Assembly (NCBI GenBank): GCA_951406725.2
Contig: OX597826.1
Span: forward strand, 61,070,001 to 61,134,000
Source: Octopus vulgaris
Lineage: Eukaryota
Length of the DNA: 64,000 bases
Direction: 5' to 3'
Shown: positions 57,633 through 64,000 of the stretch, piece by piece
Position numbering within the stretch: position 1 is the stretch's first letter
How the letters are laid out: each line of letters begins with the position of its first letter
Notes under the pieces: model-generated
Database searches by the model: none
What the model was told of the DNA's origin: nothing
The model's input: the letters and a program-made list of their open reading frames with translations, nothing else
Program-made: the position numbers and the translations under genes

Positions 57633-58431
57633 GTAGTGTATGCAATGTGATTTATGCGGTAGTGTATGCACTGTGGTTTATGCCGTAGTGTATGCACTGT
57701 GGTTTATACCGTAGTGTATGCACTGTGGTTTATACCGTAGTGTATGCACTGTGGTTTATACCGTAGTGTATGCACTGTGGTTTATGCCGTAGTGTATGCA
57801 CTGTGGTTTATGCCGTAGTGTATGCAATGTGGTTTATACCGTAGTGTATGCACTGTGGTTTATACCGTAGTGTATGCACTGTGGTTTATGCCGTAGTGTA
57901 TGCACTGTGGTTTATGCCGTAGTGTATGCACTGTGGTTTATGCCGTAGTGTATGCACTGTGGTTTATACTGTAGTGTATGCACTGTGGTTTATACTGTAG
58001 TGTATGCACTGTGGTTTATGCCGTAGTGTATGCACTGTGGTTTATGCCGTAGTGTATGCACTGTGGTTTATGCCGTAGTGTATGCACTGTGGTTTATACT
58101 GTAGTGTATGCACTGTGGTTTATGCCGTAGTGTATGCACTGTGGTTTATGCCGTAGTGTATGCACTGTGGTTTATGCCGTAGTGTATGCACTGTGGTTTA
58201 TGCCGTAGTGTATGCACTGTGGTTTATGCCGTAGTGTATGCACTGTGGTTTATGCCGTAGTGTATGCACTGTGGTTTATGCCGTAGTGTATGCACTGTGG
58301 TTTATACTGTAGTGTATGCACTGTGGTTTATACTGTAGTGTATGCACTGTGGTTTATACTGTAGTGTATGCACTGTGGTTTATGCCGTAGTGTATGCACT
58401 GTGGTTTATGCCGTAGTGTATGCACTGTGGT
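57633..58431. repeat. 26-bp minisatellite, ~31 copies (GTAGTGTATGCACTGTGGTTTATRCY)
   Basis: Unit starts at 57633 and 58413 are exactly 30 periods apart. Degenerate copies flank it (~57190-59150). Confidence 0.97.
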
Positions 58432-59668
58432 CTGCCTGGTAATGTGTTTGTGGTATGAATTGATGCCGAGTGTGGTAATGTTCGCACTGTAGTTTGTGTG
58501 GTAGTGTATGCGCTGCGGTTTGTGTGGTAGTATACGTACTCTGCATTGTATGCTAGTGTGTTTCTTGTGTGGACTGGTCCCGAGTGGGGTAGTGTATGCG
58601 CTGTGGTTTGTGCGGTAGTGTATGAGCTATGTGCTTTGGTTTGTGTGATAGTGCAAGTGGTGTGGTTTATACAGAAGTGTATGCGCTGTGGTTTGTGTGG
58701 TAGTATGCTTATTAAGTGATACGGAATTGAAAGTGTATATATAATGTTGTGTATAGCAGTGTATTGGTGTGCATTGCGGTGGAGCATGTACTGTGATGAG
58801 TGAGGTACTGCATATGCTATGGTGTATGTGGTAGTGTATGTATCGTGTTAGAGTGTACTTGTAATGTGAGGTGCTGTGGAGTACTGTTGCGTATGCTCGT
58901 GGTGTGTAATAGAGTATGCTTTGTGGTTTGTGTGGTACTATTTTTATGAAGTAGATCGGAGTGTGATTCTGTTTGTGTGTGGTAGTTGTGTGTATTAGTG
59001 TATGTGCTGTAGTGTTTGTGGTGTGTGTCTTGTGTGTGGTGTAGCTCGACTGTGGTGTGTGTTTGATATTGTGTATGTACGTAATACGATAGTGAGCAAT
59101 GCGACCTTGTGTAAGCGCGATCATGTGCAAGTGGTATCGTGTGTAAGTGCATATATGTGTCATCTGTTATGATGTCTGTTTACAAAAAAGACACGTCTTC
59201 AGCTACGATTTTTGCTTCAGTGCGGAACAGGAAACATTGACATGCCTACACTAAATATTTCTTATTGATTTTGGATATCACCTGGACAGTGGACGCTTTC
59301 AGTGAAGCTATGGTACTGTGAGGATGTCGATTAGTTTCCCTTTCAAACAGCGCTTCAAACGTAGTGGTCCCTGGGATTTACATCTGACTAGTTCCTGGGC
59401 TACAAGTTTGGTGTTACACGATGGTAAATATTTTCTGATGACCATTCTTGGGTTACACTGGATTTGTGAGAAGGTGCTAACTTTTGTTGAAATACGTAGG
59501 ACATTGCTCCATACTACATCCATCGTCGGCTTAAGAAAGAAATGTCTCCAGCACCTAAACCTATCCTGCAACATTAATTCTAAAACTCTGTGGAAAGATG
59601 TGAGATGGCATGAGATGACCTTTGTTACTTACCATTCCTAAAACCATCGCATTTGCTGAAACTTAAAT

Positions 59669-59902
59669 TTAAGGTAGCGAGCTGGCAGAAACGTTAGCAC
59701 GCCGGGCGAAATGCTCAGCGGTATTTCGTCTGCCGTTACGTTCCGAGTTCAAATTCCGCCAAGGTCGACTTTGCCTTTCATCCTTTCGGGGTCGATAAAT
59801 TAAGTACCAGTTACGCACTGGGGTCGATCTAATCGACTTAATCCCTATGTCTGTCTTGTTTTTTCCCTCTATGTTTAACCCCTTGTGGGCAATAAAGAAA
59901 TT
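59669..59902 (+). mobile_element. SINE family B monomer with 12-bp TSD
   Basis: TGAAACTTAAAT at 59657-59668 and 59903-59914. Confidence 0.92.
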
Positions 59903-60279
59903 TGAAACTTAAATGTGCATCACGCTGGAGACATCAGAAGGATCTACACCTAACCATTTGTCATTCCAGATGTTAGACTTTGGTTCTTAGTCGAAGATTT
60001 TCTCATCAAAGAACCAAAGCATGCCACATTCGTGATGGTTTTCAACTTTCTTAAGTAACTGCTTGACACGAATAAAACGGTTTCCCCGTTTCTTTGCAGG
60101 CATTAGCCCAGCAAAACAATAAAAGAATAAAAATAAGTGTACATATCTCTATGTTACCATGCTTGTTTCTATGTGTATGTGTTGTGTGTGTGTGTGTGTG
60201 CGTGTGTGTATGTGTGTGTGTGTGCTTAAACGCGTCACTGCATGCTTATGCATTGCGTTAAATGATTGATTTAATCAGC

Positions 60280-60457
60280 AGGCATAGGCGTAGGAGTGGC
60301 TGTGTTCTAAGTAGCTTGCTTACCGACCACATGGTTCCGAGTTCAGTCCCATTGCGTGGCACCTTGGGCACGTGTCTTCTACTATAGCCTCGGGCCGACC
60401 AAAGCCTTGTGAGTGGATTTGGTAGACGGAAACTGAAAGAAGCCCATCGTATATATG

Positions 60458-60521
<64 letters not shown>

Positions 60522-60609
60522 TGCGCGCGTGCACACATAGATATATATACACACACATATATATATATAGATATATATACACACACACACATATATATGA
60601 ATATATGTT

Positions 60610-60650
<41 letters not shown>

Positions 60651-60888
60651 ATGTGAATGTGTACATGTTTGTGTGTATGTGTTTGTCCCCCCAACATCCC
60701 TTGACAACCGATGCTGATGTGTTTACGTCCCCCAAAACTTAGAGATTCGGCAAAAAAAAGACCGATAGAATAAGTACTAGGCTTACAAAGAATAAGTCCT
60801 GGGGTCGATTTGCTCGACTAAAAGGCGGTGCTCCAGCATGGCCACAGTCAAATGACTGAAACAAGTAAAAGAGAGTAAAAGAGTAAAA
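60280..60888 (+). mobile_element. SINE family A with expanded internal microsatellite
   Basis: Full head, ~220-bp (TA)/(TG)/(CA) interior, full tail. A diverged relative follows at ~60890-61175. Confidence 0.9.
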
Positions 60889-61330
60889 AGGGGCATGGCT
60901 GTGTTGTAAGAAGCATGCTTCCCAACCACATGGTCCCAGTTTCAGTTCCACTGTATGTATATGTATGTATATGTGTGTGAATGTGTGTTTGTTCCCCACA
61001 GCTACTTAGCAACCGGTGTTGTTCCGTTTACGTCCCCGTAACATTGCCGCTCGGTTTAAAGTGCCAGGCTTTAAAAAACTGTAAGTACTGGGGCCGAGAT
61101 TCATTCGACTACAAATATTTCAAGGTGGTGCCCCAGCATGGCCGCAGTCTAATGCCTGAAACAAGTAAAAGATAAAGCAAAAACATCATATACTTAACAA
61201 TCTAGTATATGTCATTGTATGATTATGCGATGGTATTCACATGTATTTGTTGGTAGTGCGCTTATAAGTTTCTCATTTTACATACACACACACACACATA
61301 TGCATACAGACATGCATACTAACTTTCATG

Positions 61331-61363
<33 letters not shown>

Positions 61364-62029
61364 CGAGACAGACAAACAGATAGACAGACAAATAGACAGA
61401 CAGACAGACAAACGGAAGGACGGACAGAGTGTGTCTCAGACACACTCAAAACATTCAGATCCAAGTATGCAACAGCAGCCACACTTGCGTCATACATACA
61501 TACATACATACATACATACATACATACATACATAAGCATAAATACTTATATGCATACATATGTATCAACATAATCCATTTATAAATCAATCCATCCGTCC
61601 TTCACTACATACATACATACATACATACATACATACATACATACATACATAAATACATACATACATACATAAATACATACATACATGCATACATGCATAC
61701 ATACATACATACATAAATACATACATACATACATAAATACATACATACATACATACATACATGTATACATGCATACATACATGCATACATACATACAATA
61801 ATACATACATACATACATACAATAATACAATAATACATACATACATACATACGTACGTACATACATACATACATGCATACATACATACAATAATACATAC
61901 ATACATACATACAATAATACAATAATACATACATACATACATACATACATACATACATACATACATACATACGTACGTACATACATACATACATACATAC
62001 ATACATACATACATACATACATACATACA

Positions 62030-62218
62030 TAGGGAGAATTCACGAAAAAACAAAAGACGAAGACAGGTGGTGTAGAAAACAAACAGATGTATTAGTATAA
62101 CGCTCATGAATAGAAAAAGTCTTTAACGTTTCGAGCTTACGCTCTTCCACAGGAAGGAACACAGAGAGAAACAAGGAGAGAGAAAAATGTGTGTAGTGGC
62201 TACCGATCTATCATGGCG
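62030..62218 (-). mobile_element. Second copy of the hammerhead-like pLTR element
   Basis: Reverse complement of 29205-29397, embedded in (CATA)n. Confidence 0.65.
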
Positions 62219-62376
62219 ACATACATGCATACATACATATAAGCATAATTACTTATATGTATACATATGTATCAACATAATCCAATCATAAATCAATCTA
62301 TCCATCCATCCATCCCTACGTACATATATACATACACATACACACACATACATACATACATACATACATACATACA

Positions 62377-62410
<34 letters not shown>

Positions 62411-62730
62411 CGTACATACATACAAGACCATTTTATCGTTGATATCTAAATTCCAATGAAAGAATCTTGTTTCTAGGCTAGAAACCGGCTCTTTCCCCCA
62501 TTGATTAGAAATTCGGAAACCAAAATTCGAAAAATACATACATACATACTTACGTACACACACGTTTATATACATGAACACTCGCATACAAAAATACATG
62601 TTTACACAAACAAACGCGTGTGTATATGTTGTGATTTTTCTGAAGCCGTCTGTTCATGTAAACCGTGTATGTAAGTAGGTAAGTCTATGCGCGTGTGCAT
62701 GTGTGCGTGTGAGTGCGCGTATGTGTGCGT

Positions 62731-62789
<59 letters not shown>

Positions 62790-63171
62790 AGAAATAGAAG
62801 GTCGTCCAATTAATGTAAAGAGGTCAAAGGTTATTGGATTGTCAATGTTTCAATGTTTTGCGTTAGTTACAATTGATTGGATGAACTACGTTCAGGAGGC
62901 ATTAAACTATGCGTCTGTTGAGCTACATGTGTGTGTGTGTGTGTGTGTATATATATGTGGAGCGCTGCACTAGCTATAGTGTGTGTATATGTGTAAGGTA
63001 AACAAACAGACAATACTGTATGATGGCGTACAAGAGAGTGGTATGCAATGTTAATGGTTGGTATGTATTTGTCTATTCTATGTTTTATGAACAATAAATT
63101 GCGTATTTAAATATATATCTAAATGTGTGGGAGTGTGGTATGCGCATAAGCACGCGCGTGGGTATTTAACA

Positions 63172-63224
<53 letters not shown>

Positions 63225-63293
63225 TGTGTGCATACATGCGAACAATACAAGGTGGAGAAAATAACACCAGAATAACAAAACAGTATATGTATA

Positions 63294-63339
<46 letters not shown>

Positions 63340-63386
63340 CACACCCACATCACATACATATATATACATACATACACATACATACA

Positions 63387-63422
<36 letters not shown>

Positions 63423-63619
63423 TATATACATGTGCGCGTCTGACTGTGTGCGCGCGCGCATGTGTTTATACATACATATTTTTAGATATATCTAAAGATG
63501 TATACTTACGTATGGACACATACTATTACATGTGTGTATGTATATAAATATGTGTATATATCTATCTATCTATATATATATATATACACACATATGTATA
63601 TATACAATTATATATACAT

Positions 63620-63704
<85 letters not shown>

Positions 63705-63813
63705 GATAAACACATATATTTTAGATATATTTATAGATGTATACTTACAAACGTTCACTTACTATAACATGTGTGTGTATATATATATGTGTGTGCGTGT
63801 TTGCGCGCGTGCA

Positions 63814-63865
<52 letters not shown>

Positions 63866-64000
63866 TATATGATATATATACACACACACACACATATATG
63901 AATATATGTAGCTATATATATATACATATATATATAAAAACATATATACACACATACACACACAAACACACTCAAACACACACATACACACATGCAGATA

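Noticed and set aside
57633-58431. 26-bp array as a CRISPR array
   Set aside because: Units are contiguous with no unique spacers, there are no cas genes, and the context is eukaryotic.
59318-59641. 107-aa ORF as a gene
   Set aside because: No recognisable domain; the weak ILGLHW similarity suggests old RTE debris.

Overview
AT-rich, microsatellite-saturated eukaryotic (metazoan) DNA, most likely intronic or intergenic. The SINE families resemble those described from Octopus; this attribution is from memory and was not searched. No intact protein-coding gene was recognised, and nearly all ORFs in the track are translations of simple repeats. Mobile elements: four tRNA-headed SINE families in more than 25 copies, several with clear target-site duplications (TSDs); a full-length but inactivated IR/DR-type Tc1 (DD34E) transposon at ~24631-26258; three mariner remnants; RTE, Jockey/I-like and probable R4/Dong LINE remnants; and a probable solo LTR. 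Other repeats: a 26-bp minisatellite and several long inverted repeats. The most notable signals are (1) minimal Penelope-type hammerhead ribozyme motifs, canonical at 42333-42372, associated with a tRNA-like fragment at ~48.3-48.8 kb, and with a shared variant core at 29.3 and 62.1 kb; (2) an ~780-bp foldback with outward-facing tRNA-like ends at 20.7-21.5 kb; (3) SINE multimers that share one fixed junction; (4) a few tentative minus-strand exons.
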